Notes: generated by a model from the letters alone, not told the origin. Shown: positions 29,723 to 40,206, numbered from the stretch's first letter. The stretch is DNA of 55,652 nucleotides from Bryobacteraceae bacterium (GCA_036502165.1 DASXZC010000282.1:1-55652), one strand, 5' to 3'. Made by a program: numbers and translations.

Positions 29723-29778
29723 TTCCCTTGACAGTCTAGGGAACCGCATGTCATACTTCCCCCAGATCGTCATAGGGA
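29723..29778 (+). promoter_or_regulatory. padR promoter (TTGACA-N18-CATACT) overlapped by two palindromic operator-like boxes
   Basis: TTCCCTTGA-CAG-TCTAGGGAA at 29723-29743 and the related TCCCCCAGA-TCG-TCATAGGGA at 29758-29778. Confidence 0.6.
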
Positions 29779-29791
29779 GCGATCCGGAGAC

Positions 29792-30130
29792 ATGCCCAAA
29801 TCCTCACCGCCGCCGAATTTATTGCAAGGTACGCTTGACCTGCTGATCCTGCACGCGTTGCAGCGGGGGGCGCTGCATGGATATTCGATCGCGCAGACGA
29901 TCCATTTGTTGTCGGATGAAGTCCTGAAGGTGGAGGAAGGATCGCTCTATCCGGCGTTGTATCGTCTGGAACTCGACGGGGCGATCTCGGCTGAGTGGGG
30001 ACTTTCGGAGAACAATCGGCGGGCGAAATATTACTCGATCACGCGCAAGGGGCGGCGGATCCTCGAGGAACATCACGAAAACTGGACGCGGCTTTCGGGG
30101 GCCGTGTCGCGGGTGCTGGCGTCGGAGTGA
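29792..30130 (+). CDS. PadR-family transcriptional regulator
   Basis: LLQGTLDLLIL...HGY.I...EEGSLYPALYRLE...RRAKYY. Confidence 0.93.
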   Translation: MPKSSPPPNLLQGTLDLLILHALQRGALHGYSIAQTIHLLSDEVLKVEEGSLYPALYRLELDGAISAEWGLSENNRRAKYYSITRKGRRILEEHHENWTRLSGAVSRVLASE

Positions 30131-32676
30131 ACAACATGCGCCATTTCCTGTTGAAGTTCTTCCGACGCCGCAATCTTGAAGCCGACATCGAAGCTGAGCT
30201 GGCTTTCCATCGCGAAATGAGCGGGGCGCCTGGGAACGTTCCGTTCGGCAATGCCACTCTCATCAAGGAACAGGCGTTCGACCTATGGAAGTTCACGACG
30301 TTTGAAAATCTGTGGCGCGATGTTGTTTACGGGGTGCGCGGACTGCGCAAGCATCCTTCGCTGGTGCTGACGGCGCTGCTTTCGCTCACGCTTGGGATTG
30401 GAATGAACACGGCGCTGTTCTCGCTGGGAGTTGAATTCCTGTTGAGCGAGCCGTCGGTCACCGATGGCCAATCGCTCGTGCACATACGCTACGACGGGAA
30501 CAGCCACGCGGATCCGCACAGGTTCGCGACGACGCGCGATTCGAACGTATTTGCGGGAATCGCCGGCGAGAACGAAGAAACGCTGGTCAATTGGAATAAC
30601 GGACAGGAGACGCGGCCAGTCTACGCGGCGATCACGACGCAGAATTTCTTCACGCTGCTCGGCGTTCCTGTCGCCATCGGACGCGGTTATGCGGAGACGG
30701 ATTCGAAGCAGGTCGCCGTCCTCAATCACCGGTTTTGGATGAAACATTTCGGCGGCGACCCGGGCGTGGTTGGACGCGCCATTACGCTCGACGGAAGGCC
30801 GTATACGGTTGTCGGGGTGCTGCCGGAGAAGCTGCGCACGTTGATTGGATTCGGATTTTCGCCGGACATTTTCCTTCCGAGCTTCCTCGACAATGCGTAC
30901 CTCGATATGTACGCGCGGCTCAAACCCGGCATGAACCTTGCGCAGGCGAAGGCGGCGGGGCAGGCGATTGCGAATCGGATTGCGGAATCCGCGACGGTCA
31001 ATAACAAGGTTGGACATCTGGAGGCGGAAGTCGACGCCATCGCCGGTTTCGAGCGGCTCGGCGGCCAGATGATGGTCCAGATGGAAGCGTTCTTCGCGCT
31101 GCTGCTGGCGCTTGCGGGACTTGTGCTACTGATCGCGTGCGCTAACGTCGCGAGTCTGTTGCTGGCGCGGGCTTCGACGCGGACGCGGGAACTCGCGGTG
31201 CGGTTGTCGCTCGGCGCGAGCCGCGCACGACTCATGCAGCAATTGTTGATCGAGAGCCTGATGCTTTCGGTCGCGGGGGCGCTTGGCGGATTGGCCGTTG
31301 CGCAATTGGCAAACGTCGCACTCGCGCGTACCACGCTGCCGACGCCGTTCCCAATTCATCTGACTGCGGAAACGGACTGGCGCGTCGCGTTGTATGCGGC
31401 GCTGCTCTCGATCGTGGCTGCGCTCGCTTGCGGACTGCTGCCGGCGTGGCAAGCGGTCCGCGAGTCGTTCGCGCACGATTCGCGCAGTACTGGCAAGATG
31501 TTCCTGCGGCGCGCGATCGTCGTCGGACAGGTCGCGGTGTCGGTGGTGGTGCTGTCGACCGGATTCCTGTTCGTGCGCAACCTGCTGCGGTCGTCCGCAT
31601 TGAGTCCGGGCTTCGAGGTTCATCATACGGTGTTGGCGCAGGTCAACCTGCCGCCGGGTAGTTATAAAGATCCGAAACGAATCGCCGCCTACGCCGAACG
31701 CGCGGTGACTGATCTGGCCGCGCTGCCTGGAGTTGAAGCAGCAGCCGCCGCGCGCAGCGTTCCTTTTATTGAATCGAGCATGGAGATCGCGGACCTGCGG
31801 TTCATGGGCGTAAAGAATCCCGTGCGGGCATTGTTCCACGTGAATGCCGTTACAGCCGGATTTTTTAAAGCGCTGTCGATTCCGCTCGTTGCGGGCCGCA
31901 CGTTCGAGGCGTCCGACACCAAGACGGCGGAGCGGGCGGTTATCGTGAATACGTTCTTCGCGCGGCATTACCTGCAGCGGCAGCCGCCGGCCGCGGTGGG
32001 GCAGACGTTCCTTCGCGGATCGGGGCCCACTGTCTACCGGATCGTGGGAGTCGCCGCTGATACCAAGAACATGACGATCGGAGAGGATCCCTCGGCGCAG
32101 TTCTATGAATATCTGCCGAGCATCGACGATGCGCGCGGCAAGATTGATTTTGTGGTGAAATCCGCAGTACCACCGGTGTCGCAGTTGAAAGCGGTGAACG
32201 ATCGTCTGCGCCAAGTCGAGCCTGATGCGGGAATCGACACGCAGACTTTGTTCTCGAGCATCGGCTTCGCGTTCCTGCCGAGCCAGATCGGAGCGGCCGT
32301 ACTCGGAAGCATGGGACTGCTCGGCTTGCTGCTCGCGATGATCGGGCTGTACGGCACGATGGTGTATTCGGTGGCGCGGCGGACCCAGGAGATCGGTGTG
32401 CGGATGGCGATCGGGGCTCCGCGGGGGTCGATCCAAAAATTGATCCTCGCGGATGCCGGGCGGATCGTTGCGATTGGATCGGCGATTGGAATCGTAGTCG
32501 CGCTGGTTGCGACGCGGCCGCTCGCGGCGTTCCTGATTGAAGGCTTGCCGCCGAACGATCCGGTGACGTTCATCGCGGTGATCGGAGTGTTCGCGGCGAC
32601 GGCTGCGCTTGCGTCATGGGGTCCGGCGCGGCGGGCGACGGCGATCGATCCGATGTCGTGTTTGCGGCACGACTAG
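30127..32676 (+). CDS. ADOP-type duplicated ABC permease (MacB/FtsX repeats)
   Basis: LTLGIGMNTALFS, LLIACANVASLLLAR..R.RELAVR and RRTQEIGVRMAIGA. GTG overlaps the padR stop; ATG 30136 is the alternative start. Confidence 0.92.
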   Translation: MNNMRHFLLKFFRRRNLEADIEAELAFHREMSGAPGNVPFGNATLIKEQAFDLWKFTTFENLWRDVVYGVRGLRKHPSLVLTALLSLTLGIGMNTALFSLGVEFLLSEPSVTDGQSLVHIRYDGNSHADPHRFATTRDSNVFAGIAGENEETLVNWNNGQETRPVYAAITTQNFFTLLGVPVAIGRGYAETDSKQVAVLNHRFWMKHFGGDPGVVGRAITLDGRPYTVVGVLPEKLRTLIGFGFSPDIFLPSFLDNAYLDMYARLKPGMNLAQAKAAGQAIANRIAESATVNNKVGHLEAEVDAIAGFERLGGQMMVQMEAFFALLLALAGLVLLIACANVASLLLARASTRTRELAVRLSLGASRARLMQQLLIESLMLSVAGALGGLAVAQLANVALARTTLPTPFPIHLTAETDWRVALYAALLSIVAALACGLLPAWQAVRESFAHDSRSTGKMFLRRAIVVGQVAVSVVVLSTGFLFVRNLLRSSALSPGFEVHHTVLAQVNLPPGSYKDPKRIAAYAERAVTDLAALPGVEAAAAARSVPFIESSMEIADLRFMGVKNPVRALFHVNAVTAGFFKALSIPLVAGRTFEASDTKTAERAVIVNTFFARHYLQRQPPAAVGQTFLRGSGPTVYRIVGVAADTKNMTIGEDPSAQFYEYLPSIDDARGKIDFVVKSAVPPVSQLKAVNDRLRQVEPDAGIDTQTLFSSIGFAFLPSQIGAAVLGSMGLLGLLLAMIGLYGTMVYSVARRTQEIGVRMAIGAPRGSIQKLILADAGRIVAIGSAIGIVVALVATRPLAAFLIEGLPPNDPVTFIAVIGVFAATAALASWGPARRATAIDPMSCLRHD

Positions 32677-34322
32677 CTGAATTCGAACGTGATTGTGTGA
32701 TCGAACGGAGTTGAACCCGTGAGGTAGACGCTGGTTCCGTCGAGCTTCGGCAAGGCGCCGCGCAGTTGGACGTAGCGATGTTCCGCATGGCCGGGGCCGA
32801 AGCGGATGGATGAGTCGCCGGCGCGCATTGTGGCCCAATCCTTCTCGAGGAGCCACACGTCGTGGAGCGCTGTGCATCCTTCGAGCCGGCCCTCCGGCGC
32901 GAAACTGATTTCGACAGAGAGCGGCACTTCGTCCGTTCCCGAAGCGGCGATGCGGAGTTCGAAGCCCTTGGGAGTTTCCTTGAGGAAGGCCGATTGGCGC
33001 AGGTGGCCGACCTCGGACTGGCGGCGGATCTTTTTGCTGGCTTCGAAATCCTCGTGCGCGATGATCGGCGCTGTGGGATGTTCGAGCGGTTGATAGTACG
33101 GCCCTTCGAGATTCTGTTCGAAGTACCATCCGCCGTCGCGCTCGACGGCGAGCGTGGGGACGAATTGGCCTTTTCCGAAAAATGCGGTCGCGAAGCGAAC
33201 GGCGTTCACGACGACCGCGCCACGGCGCAGTGAGAAGAAGCGATCGCTGCCGCCGAGCACAAGCGTTGCACTCGTCGGTCCACGCCGGACGCGGGCGATG
33301 CCGAGCGCGGGGAATGTGCGCCGATAGTCTTCCGGCAGCGGCTTCGGCTCGACCGCGGCGGTCACCAGTTCCCCATACTCGAGCATCTCCGGAACGGAAA
33401 CTCCGTTTGACGCATACTGCCGCCCGAGCGATTCGAAGACGCCGTTGTTGTCATGTACGGCCAGATATCGGATCGGCAGCCAATAGCGGTCGGCGGTTCC
33501 GCGCACGTTGCGATCCTGGCGGTGCGAGACGTCGGTCGCCACTTCCCCGCCCGGATGCAGTAAATACAGCAACGAATTCAGATTGCGCCGCACCGGATCG
33601 AGCAATTCCGGACGGCCCAGCTTCGCCGCCATCACTGTGAAAGCCCGATCGCTGACCCCGCTATAGACAGTCGTCGAGCGTTCGCTGAACTGGCCGTCGG
33701 GGCCGATGTCGATGCCTTCGGCGAGCCATTGATCGATGCGCTTGATCAGCCGCGGATCGGGATAGAGGACGTTGAGTTGCGCCATCGCGGCCGAGACGAC
33801 CCAGCGATGATTCGGCGTGTGGATGCCGCCTTTGATCAGCGCATCGCCCGCGCGTTCGAGCACAGGATGCAGGGCGTCCTCGATCTCCTTCGCCTTGTAT
33901 TTTCGGGCGATGAAGGCGGCCGTGCAAAGGCCGTGCATGAGGAATCCGGTGTCGGGCGGCGAGTTGAAGTTGGTCGACAGCAGGTTGATGTTGCCGTCCT
34001 TGGTCATCACGCGTTCGAGATATTGCGTCGCCAGCGTGAGCCGCTCGACCATCAGCGGATTGCCGCGGTACTTCGATTGCGGCCACACGTAAGCGGCGGA
34101 GAATTGCTCGATCAGGCCGGCGATGGAGCCGGGCATGTAGAGGCCAGTGGAGTCGACGAGTCCACCGCGATGGCGCGCGCCGGTGTCGAGGTTTTGTGCG
34201 TCGATCAGATGTGCGACGTTCGCGTCGAAGCGCTCGGCGAGAGTCGACGACGAGGCTTTCGTTTGTCCGGCGGCTGCGGCGGCGAACGCGGTTCCGGCGA
34301 TCCATTCTCTACGGCTGAACAT
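32673..34322 (-). CDS. Tat-exported hypothetical protein
   Basis: SRREWI Tat-like signal and conserved-looking segments TNFNSPPDTGF, GGIHTPNHRWV and DGQFSERS. Function not assignable. Confidence 0.7.
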   Translation of the reverse strand: MFSRREWIAGTAFAAAAAGQTKASSSTLAERFDANVAHLIDAQNLDTGARHRGGLVDSTGLYMPGSIAGLIEQFSAAYVWPQSKYRGNPLMVERLTLATQYLERVMTKDGNINLLSTNFNSPPDTGFLMHGLCTAAFIARKYKAKEIEDALHPVLERAGDALIKGGIHTPNHRWVVSAAMAQLNVLYPDPRLIKRIDQWLAEGIDIGPDGQFSERSTTVYSGVSDRAFTVMAAKLGRPELLDPVRRNLNSLLYLLHPGGEVATDVSHRQDRNVRGTADRYWLPIRYLAVHDNNGVFESLGRQYASNGVSVPEMLEYGELVTAAVEPKPLPEDYRRTFPALGIARVRRGPTSATLVLGGSDRFFSLRRGAVVVNAVRFATAFFGKGQFVPTLAVERDGGWYFEQNLEGPYYQPLEHPTAPIIAHEDFEASKKIRRQSEVGHLRQSAFLKETPKGFELRIAASGTDEVPLSVEISFAPEGRLEGCTALHDVWLLEKDWATMRAGDSSIRFGPGHAEHRYVQLRGALPKLDGTSVYLTGSTPFDHTITFEFS

Positions 34323-34323
34323 T

Positions 34324-36522
34324 TTATTTTGGTCCTGCTCCCAGGGTGCGGTCGAAGAACGAAGTCATCATTTCATTCAAGTGTCCGCGGTAAGGTCCGC
34401 TGACGCCGTGCGACTTCATTGGGTAAATCATGAGCTCGAATGGGCGGTCCGCTTTCTGCAGCGCGGCGGTTGCCTGCAGCATGTTTTGGAACAGGACGTT
34501 GTCATCCTCGAAGTTGTCGACGAGCAGCAGTTGGCCTTTCAAATTGCCGGCCTTCAGTGAGAGATTCGTACCCGCGTAGCCATCGGGGTTTTGCTGCGGC
34601 AGGCCCATGTAACGCTCCGTATAAATTGTGTCGTAGTTGCGGAAGTTCGTCACGGGAGCGCCGGAGATTCCTGCTTTGAAGACGTCGCCGGCGTTGAGCA
34701 TGGCGTTCAGGGTCATGAATCCGCCGTAGCTCCAGCCTTGAATTCCGACGCGATCGGGATCGACGAAGCCCATCGAGAGCAGATGCTTCACGCCTTCGCG
34801 CTGGTCTTCGAGTTCGCGCTGGCCCATCTTGTGATAGATCGCGGCTTCGAACGCATGGCCGCGGCCGATGGAGCCGCGATTGTCGACCTGCCAGATGACG
34901 TAACCCTTCTGCGCCATCATCTGTTCCCAGCTCACTCCCGACCATGTGTTGCGCACGGTCTGCACGCCGGGGCCGCCATAGACGCTGACGATCGCCGGAT
35001 ATTTTTTCGACATATCAAGGCCTTTTGGCTTGATCAGGCGCGCGTAGAGGGTTGTTCCGTCGGAGGTTTTGAAGTTCAGAATCTCAGTGGGAAGGAGTTC
35101 GTATTCATCCATCTGGTGGTGGTCGGCTTCGTGGTAAACAGTCCAGATGGAGCCGTCGATTTTGTTCAAGGTCGTGCGCGGGGGATGGGTGAGATTCGAG
35201 TAGGAATCGAAGTATTCATTGCACACGGGACTCATGGAGATCCGATGGACGCCTGCGTCGGAAGTCAGCTTCTGCTTGCCGGTGCCGTCGAAGTGGACCT
35301 TATATAGATGACTCTCGGTGGGGCTCACTTCCGAAGAGACGTAATAGATTGTCGAGGTCGCCTGATCGATGCCGGCGATGCTCGAGACTTCCCATTTGCC
35401 TTTGGTGATCTGCGACGACTCGCGGCCATCCGCGGAGTACAGATACAGGTGGCGGAAGCCGTCCCGCTCGCTGCCCCAGATGAACTGGCTGCCGCCGTTC
35501 ACCCAGTGAAACATGTCGTTGTGATTGATCCAGTACGGGTCGGTCTCGCGCAGAACGTCGATCGCGAGGCCGGTCTTCGCATCGGCCTTCAACAGATCGA
35601 GACGGTTCTGCACGCGTGCGAGGCGGACGACGTAGAGCGACTTTGAATCCGGAGCCCAATAGGTGCGCGCGAGCAGCCAGTGATCGCGCGTATCGCCCAA
35701 GTCCATCCAATGCGTCTCGCCGCCGATCGCGGGGATTACACCGATGCGGACATCTGAATTTGGATCGCCGGCCTGCGGATAGCGTTCAGGCTCCGAGACG
35801 GCTTTGGTCTTCAACAGATCGGCTTGCGGATAGAGCGGAACTCGCGAGGTGTCGAATTGCATGTAGGCGATCGATTTTCCATCGGGCGACCACCAATAGG
35901 CGCTGCCGAGGTCGAGTTCTTCGGGGTACACCCAGTCGAGTTCGCCATTCAACAAAGTCGGATTGCCGTTCTGCGTGAGACGCAATTCCTGACGCGTCGG
36001 GATGTCGGTGACATAGAGGTCGTGGCCCTTGCGATAGGCGACGCGGGTCGCGTCGGGGGAAAGCTTGGGATCCTGCTTGGGCGTGGGTCCGGAGGTCAGT
36101 TGCGTGAACTTGCCGTCGGCGGTCGTGACCCAGAACAGATTGCCGTGGACGTCGATGAGGAGCGCGTCGCCTGAGGGCGACCACTGCAAGCCGCCGCCGC
36201 TGACGCGACGATTGGTCCAATCGAAGCGCGCGGACTCGGGCTCGGGCTTGGGAGCGTTGTCGTCGAGGATCCGCGAGCTGATGAGATCGTGCGAGGCCTT
36301 CGATGCGACGTTGTAGATTTTGATCTCGTCGCCATCATGGAACGCGAAGGTTTTTCCATCGGGAGCCCAGGTTCCTTCGCCCGCTCCACCGCCACGGCCG
36401 CCGCGTCCGCCTGGGGCTTTCAAGGCTTCGAGTGTGACTGGCTTCTTGGTTTGAGCCTGTATGCATGCGGGTCCGAGCGCGGAGAGCGCGATGAGGGCAA
36501 CGATGTGAGGACGAATTCCCAT
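34324..36522 (-). CDS. Dipeptidyl peptidase IV (S9B family)
   Basis: DWVYPEE, YGGPG, GWSYGG, DDNV and H catalytic motifs. Confidence 0.94.
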   Translation of the reverse strand: MGIRPHIVALIALSALGPACIQAQTKKPVTLEALKAPGGRGGRGGGAGEGTWAPDGKTFAFHDGDEIKIYNVASKASHDLISSRILDDNAPKPEPESARFDWTNRRVSGGGLQWSPSGDALLIDVHGNLFWVTTADGKFTQLTSGPTPKQDPKLSPDATRVAYRKGHDLYVTDIPTRQELRLTQNGNPTLLNGELDWVYPEELDLGSAYWWSPDGKSIAYMQFDTSRVPLYPQADLLKTKAVSEPERYPQAGDPNSDVRIGVIPAIGGETHWMDLGDTRDHWLLARTYWAPDSKSLYVVRLARVQNRLDLLKADAKTGLAIDVLRETDPYWINHNDMFHWVNGGSQFIWGSERDGFRHLYLYSADGRESSQITKGKWEVSSIAGIDQATSTIYYVSSEVSPTESHLYKVHFDGTGKQKLTSDAGVHRISMSPVCNEYFDSYSNLTHPPRTTLNKIDGSIWTVYHEADHHQMDEYELLPTEILNFKTSDGTTLYARLIKPKGLDMSKKYPAIVSVYGGPGVQTVRNTWSGVSWEQMMAQKGYVIWQVDNRGSIGRGHAFEAAIYHKMGQRELEDQREGVKHLLSMGFVDPDRVGIQGWSYGGFMTLNAMLNAGDVFKAGISGAPVTNFRNYDTIYTERYMGLPQQNPDGYAGTNLSLKAGNLKGQLLLVDNFEDDNVLFQNMLQATAALQKADRPFELMIYPMKSHGVSGPYRGHLNEMMTSFFDRTLGAGPK

Positions 36523-36555
36523 GGCTTCGTCATTGTATCGAAGCTGGCTCGCCTG

Positions 36556-37200
36556 TCACTTAAGCTTTTCGGCGACCATGCGGATGACGTGGCTCGTGTG
36601 GCCGGGAGCCCATTCCGCCTCCGCGTTGACGTCGTCGTAGCGGATGATGCGGAAGGTGCTCGTGAAGTCGGCGAGGAGTTCGTTCGGGTGGAACATGTAC
36701 TTCTCGGTTCCCGCGAATCCTTCGATCACCAGCAATCCGCCGGGTTTCAGGGCGCTTTTGACGCGATCGACACTATGCGGTTTTGAGCCGTGATACCAGG
36801 CGTGGACGTAGAACATCGCAATGAGGTCCCACTGGTCTTTGCCGAGATCGTAATGATCGAGATCGTCGACGACGGCGTTCAATTCGACGTGCAGCATCGA
36901 GGCGCGCTTGCGAGCGATGGCGACTCCGGCATCGGCGAGATCGACGCCGGTCACTTGCCAGCCTTGCTGCGCGAGGTAAATTGCGTTGCGGCCTTCGCCC
37001 ATGCCGAGGTCGATGGCGCGTCCGGGCTTGCGGCCGCGGATTGCGTCGACGAGCAGGTGGCTCGGCTCGCGTTGGAATTGCGTCTTCGGATCGTTGAATT
37101 TGCTGTTCCAATAATCCTGGTCGCGTTTGTCGATGACCTGCGCGATGATCGCCGGAGCTGCCAGCAGCGAGGCTGTGAAATGTCGTCGAATCATTTTCAT
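36556..37200 (-). CDS. Class I SAM-dependent methyltransferase with a signal-like N-terminus
   Basis: IDLGMGEGRNA motif I, VTGVD and LKPGGLL. Confidence 0.85.
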   Translation of the reverse strand: MKMIRRHFTASLLAAPAIIAQVIDKRDQDYWNSKFNDPKTQFQREPSHLLVDAIRGRKPGRAIDLGMGEGRNAIYLAQQGWQVTGVDLADAGVAIARKRASMLHVELNAVVDDLDHYDLGKDQWDLIAMFYVHAWYHGSKPHSVDRVKSALKPGGLLVIEGFAGTEKYMFHPNELLADFTSTFRIIRYDDVNAEAEWAPGHTSHVIRMVAEKLK

Positions 37201-37202
37201 CT

Positions 37203-37970
37203 TCAGATCAGCTCCAGTACGGTTTTTTCGACGATGGTCCACTCGGGCGAACGCGGATCGATGACGCAAAAATGATCCGCGCCGGGGAGGGTCGTCAGCT
37301 TTGAATCGTCACCTGCCGCGGAGGCGGCGGCTTGAAATCCAATGCTGATGTCGATGGGGACGACGTTGTCGACGTCGCCATGCAGGATCCTGGTCGGAAT
37401 TCCAAATGGGACGCATTCGATCGGCGAGGCTTGGCGGTACGCGCTCGGGAGTTCGGCGGGAGAGCCGTCCATGAATTCCTCGACCACGTTGACCGATAGC
37501 TTCAATTCCCAGGCCTTTCGCAAGTCGGCGACGCCGGCGAGGGACACGACTCCGCGCAGGCGGGGCTTCTTTTGCGCGGCGAGCCATAGGGCAAGATGGC
37601 CGCCGGCGGAATGTCCAACCACGACTGCGCGCGAGGCGTTCAACGGGTATTCGGCGGCGAGCTTTCGCAAGTGCGAAGCGCCGCGCAGGACGTCTTCGCA
37701 AGTGCCGGGCCAACCTCCGCCGGCGTCGCCGATGCGGCGGTATTCGAGGCTCCACGTGGCGATTCCAGCGCGCGTCAGGGCCGCGCACATATGGCCGGAA
37801 TGTTCGAGATCGAAGGCGGCGCGCCAGAATCCGCCATGGATGACGATGGCGACGGGATGAGGGCCGGCGGACTTAGGCAGACGCAGATATCCGAATTGAT
37901 TGGGATCGTCGCCATAGGCGATTTTGTGGTCGTATGGCGGAGCAGGAAGGAACAGAATCTCTTGGCTCAT
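37203..37970 (-). CDS. Alpha/beta hydrolase (HSL-like esterase)
   Basis: IHGGFW, GHSAGG, HGDVDNVVP and DHF. Confidence 0.9.
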   Translation of the reverse strand: MSQEILFLPAPPYDHKIAYGDDPNQFGYLRLPKSAGPHPVAIVIHGGFWRAAFDLEHSGHMCAALTRAGIATWSLEYRRIGDAGGGWPGTCEDVLRGASHLRKLAAEYPLNASRAVVVGHSAGGHLALWLAAQKKPRLRGVVSLAGVADLRKAWELKLSVNVVEEFMDGSPAELPSAYRQASPIECVPFGIPTRILHGDVDNVVPIDISIGFQAAASAAGDDSKLTTLPGADHFCVIDPRSPEWTIVEKTVLELI

Positions 37971-37972
37971 GT

Positions 37973-39259
37973 TTACCGAATGGCTTTCAGCATCAGGCGA
38001 ACCTCGGCAGGTTGATCGCCGGGTTCGATGACGACATAATCCGATGAACGTGAGGGATCGCCGGTGTAGGATCGCTTCGATGCGCGGATCGAATACTGCA
38101 CTTTCGTATAGCCGGTCGCGGTCGCGCAGCCGGTTTCATCGGTCATCAGAGTCTCGCCTAACGAGGCACGGCGGGGACCTTCGGTGTCGTGAGGATTGAG
38201 GATCCGCACCGCGGGAACGGGCGCGCCCGCTTCATCAACGACGCAGACGCGGACGGTGCGATCGGATCCGAAATCCGGCTTGGTGAAGCGCAGGCCGGAG
38301 ACCGATTCGCCGAGTTTCACGACGACGGGCACGGCATCCGTTTGCGTGAGCTTGCCGGGAAAATAAGTGGGCGGGACATCCATCGAACCGTACCAGGTCA
38401 AGTTCGCGCCGAGCCAAAACGTGCCGGGGGAAACGGAGGTGAATGTGAACTTGCCATCGGCTCCGGTGCGCGTGCTGAAGCCGGGGCCGGGGCCGCTCGA
38501 AATCGAAATGAGATCGAGATCGAAATAGGGAATGGGCTGGCCGTTCGCATCGACCATGAGTCCGGTGACGGTTGTATCGGCGCGAAATTCTAATAGAGCT
38601 GTTGGGCACGCGGCCGGTAGGACCTCGACGCGGCTGTCGGTCAGGGGTCCGATTTCCAAATGGTAGTGCGGATGGGTCGCTGAAAGTTCCACGACTCCCG
38701 GCTCGATTCCTCGAAACATTGCGGTACCGATCGAACTCGCTTGCAGGACTGCGCTCTTACCGCCGGACGAAGCGGTGATCGTGACGCCGGGCACGTGCCT
38801 GCCATTGTCGAAGGCGAAGACACCCAATGAGGCCGGTGGCGCGGTCCCGGCGGCGCGGTCGCGCAGGAATCGCAGGACCGCGGCCGCGGGTTCTTGCGTG
38901 GATTCGCCTGATGCTCCGCAGGTTGTCAGGTCGATCCAATCGTTGCCCTGCTCGTCTTTGCCGCGATGAAACGCGTCGATGAGATAGGTGACGCCTTTCA
39001 CGACGCGCAACGAGTTGCTCTCGACGACGATTTCGGACTGGCCATTGGCGATGCCGAGGAACGCCTCGTCAATGTGGAAGCGCGCGGAGTGGACGGGTTT
39101 GCCGTCGTCAGTTCCGGTATCGATCACGGTGCCGAGAAAGAAGATGCTATGCGGATGCAGGCGTGCGCATGGCGGCGGCGGATTTGGATCGCACATCTGC
39201 GCCTGCATTGCGTTTGGACACAATGCGAGCGCGGCCATGAGAATGACGATCCGCTGCAT
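37973..39259 (-). CDS. Exported protein with a carboxypeptidase-regulatory-like (prealbumin-fold) domain
   Basis: Signal peptide, Cys-rich N-terminal domain, TGADGKFTFTSVSPGTF...TYFPG. Confidence 0.65.
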   Translation of the reverse strand: MQRIVILMAALALCPNAMQAQMCDPNPPPPCARLHPHSIFFLGTVIDTGTDDGKPVHSARFHIDEAFLGIANGQSEIVVESNSLRVVKGVTYLIDAFHRGKDEQGNDWIDLTTCGASGESTQEPAAAVLRFLRDRAAGTAPPASLGVFAFDNGRHVPGVTITASSGGKSAVLQASSIGTAMFRGIEPGVVELSATHPHYHLEIGPLTDSRVEVLPAACPTALLEFRADTTVTGLMVDANGQPIPYFDLDLISISSGPGPGFSTRTGADGKFTFTSVSPGTFWLGANLTWYGSMDVPPTYFPGKLTQTDAVPVVVKLGESVSGLRFTKPDFGSDRTVRVCVVDEAGAPVPAVRILNPHDTEGPRRASLGETLMTDETGCATATGYTKVQYSIRASKRSYTGDPSRSSDYVVIEPGDQPAEVRLMLKAIR

Positions 39260-39306
39260 TAAAATCCATGAGAGCAGAGATTTGCGCGCGAGGCAAACCC
39301 CTCGCG

Positions 39307-40206
39307 TCACACGATATCCCCGTACACTTTCATCAATGCGCGGACATCCTCGACATCTTGCGCGCGGGTGTCGATCAACGGCGGACGCACGGGACCGGCG
39401 GGCTTGCCGAGAATCTCCATGGCGGTTTTCATCACCGAGACTTCGTAGCCGCGCAGGCGGTCGCGGATCGCGTATAGAGGATGCACGTATTTATCCATCA
39501 GGGCGTTGAGCTTCACGAAATCGCGAGCCATTCCGGCTTCCGCAAGCGCGAGGGACAGCTTCGGCGAGATGTTCGAGATGCTCGACGTGTACGCCTGCAC
39601 GCCTGCGGCGAAGTATCCGGGGACGCAGTCGTCGCCGATACCGCCGAACCATGCGAGGCGATCGCCGACGACGTTCATGATGCGCTGGTACTTGCGGATG
39701 TCGCCTTGGCCATCCTTCCATCCGGCGAGCGTGGGAACGCGGTCGGCGAGGCGCGCGACTTGTTGGGGCGAGAAGACGGCCCACTCGCGGCTGTAGATCA
39801 TTAACGGAAGCTCGGTCGATTTCCCGATTGCCTCGTAGTACTGAAACAGGCCTTCTTCCGGGGGATTTTGATAATACGGTGGCAGCACGAGCAGACATTT
39901 CGCTCCGGCTTTCTCGGCGCGGCGGGCGATGTCGCAGCCGAAAGCGGCGTTGAATCCGGTTCCGGCGACGACGGGCATGCGGCCTTGCGCGGCGTCGACT
40001 GCGACGCAGAGGACTTCCTCGATTTCTTCCGGGGTCAACGAATACAGTTCGCCGGTGCCGCCCGCGGCGACGAATGCGCAGAAGGGGTGCGCGGTCATTT
40101 CGTCGACGTTGCGGCCGAGGGCATCGAGGTCGAGGGACAAATCCTTTTTCATCGGCGTGACGGGAAATCCGAATACGCCGGTCCACTGCTTCACAATCGG
40201 ATCCAT
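39307..40206 (-). CDS. DHDPS/NAL-family lyase, 5-dehydro-4-deoxyglucarate dehydratase-like
   Basis: FPVTP, AGGTGEL.SL, LVLPPY, KDG.GD and GYEVSV.K. Confidence 0.85.
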   Translation of the reverse strand: MDPIVKQWTGVFGFPVTPMKKDLSLDLDALGRNVDEMTAHPFCAFVAAGGTGELYSLTPEEIEEVLCVAVDAAQGRMPVVAGTGFNAAFGCDIARRAEKAGAKCLLVLPPYYQNPPEEGLFQYYEAIGKSTELPLMIYSREWAVFSPQQVARLADRVPTLAGWKDGQGDIRKYQRIMNVVGDRLAWFGGIGDDCVPGYFAAGVQAYTSSISNISPKLSLALAEAGMARDFVKLNALMDKYVHPLYAIRDRLRGYEVSVMKTAMEILGKPAGPVRPPLIDTRAQDVEDVRALMKVYGDIV

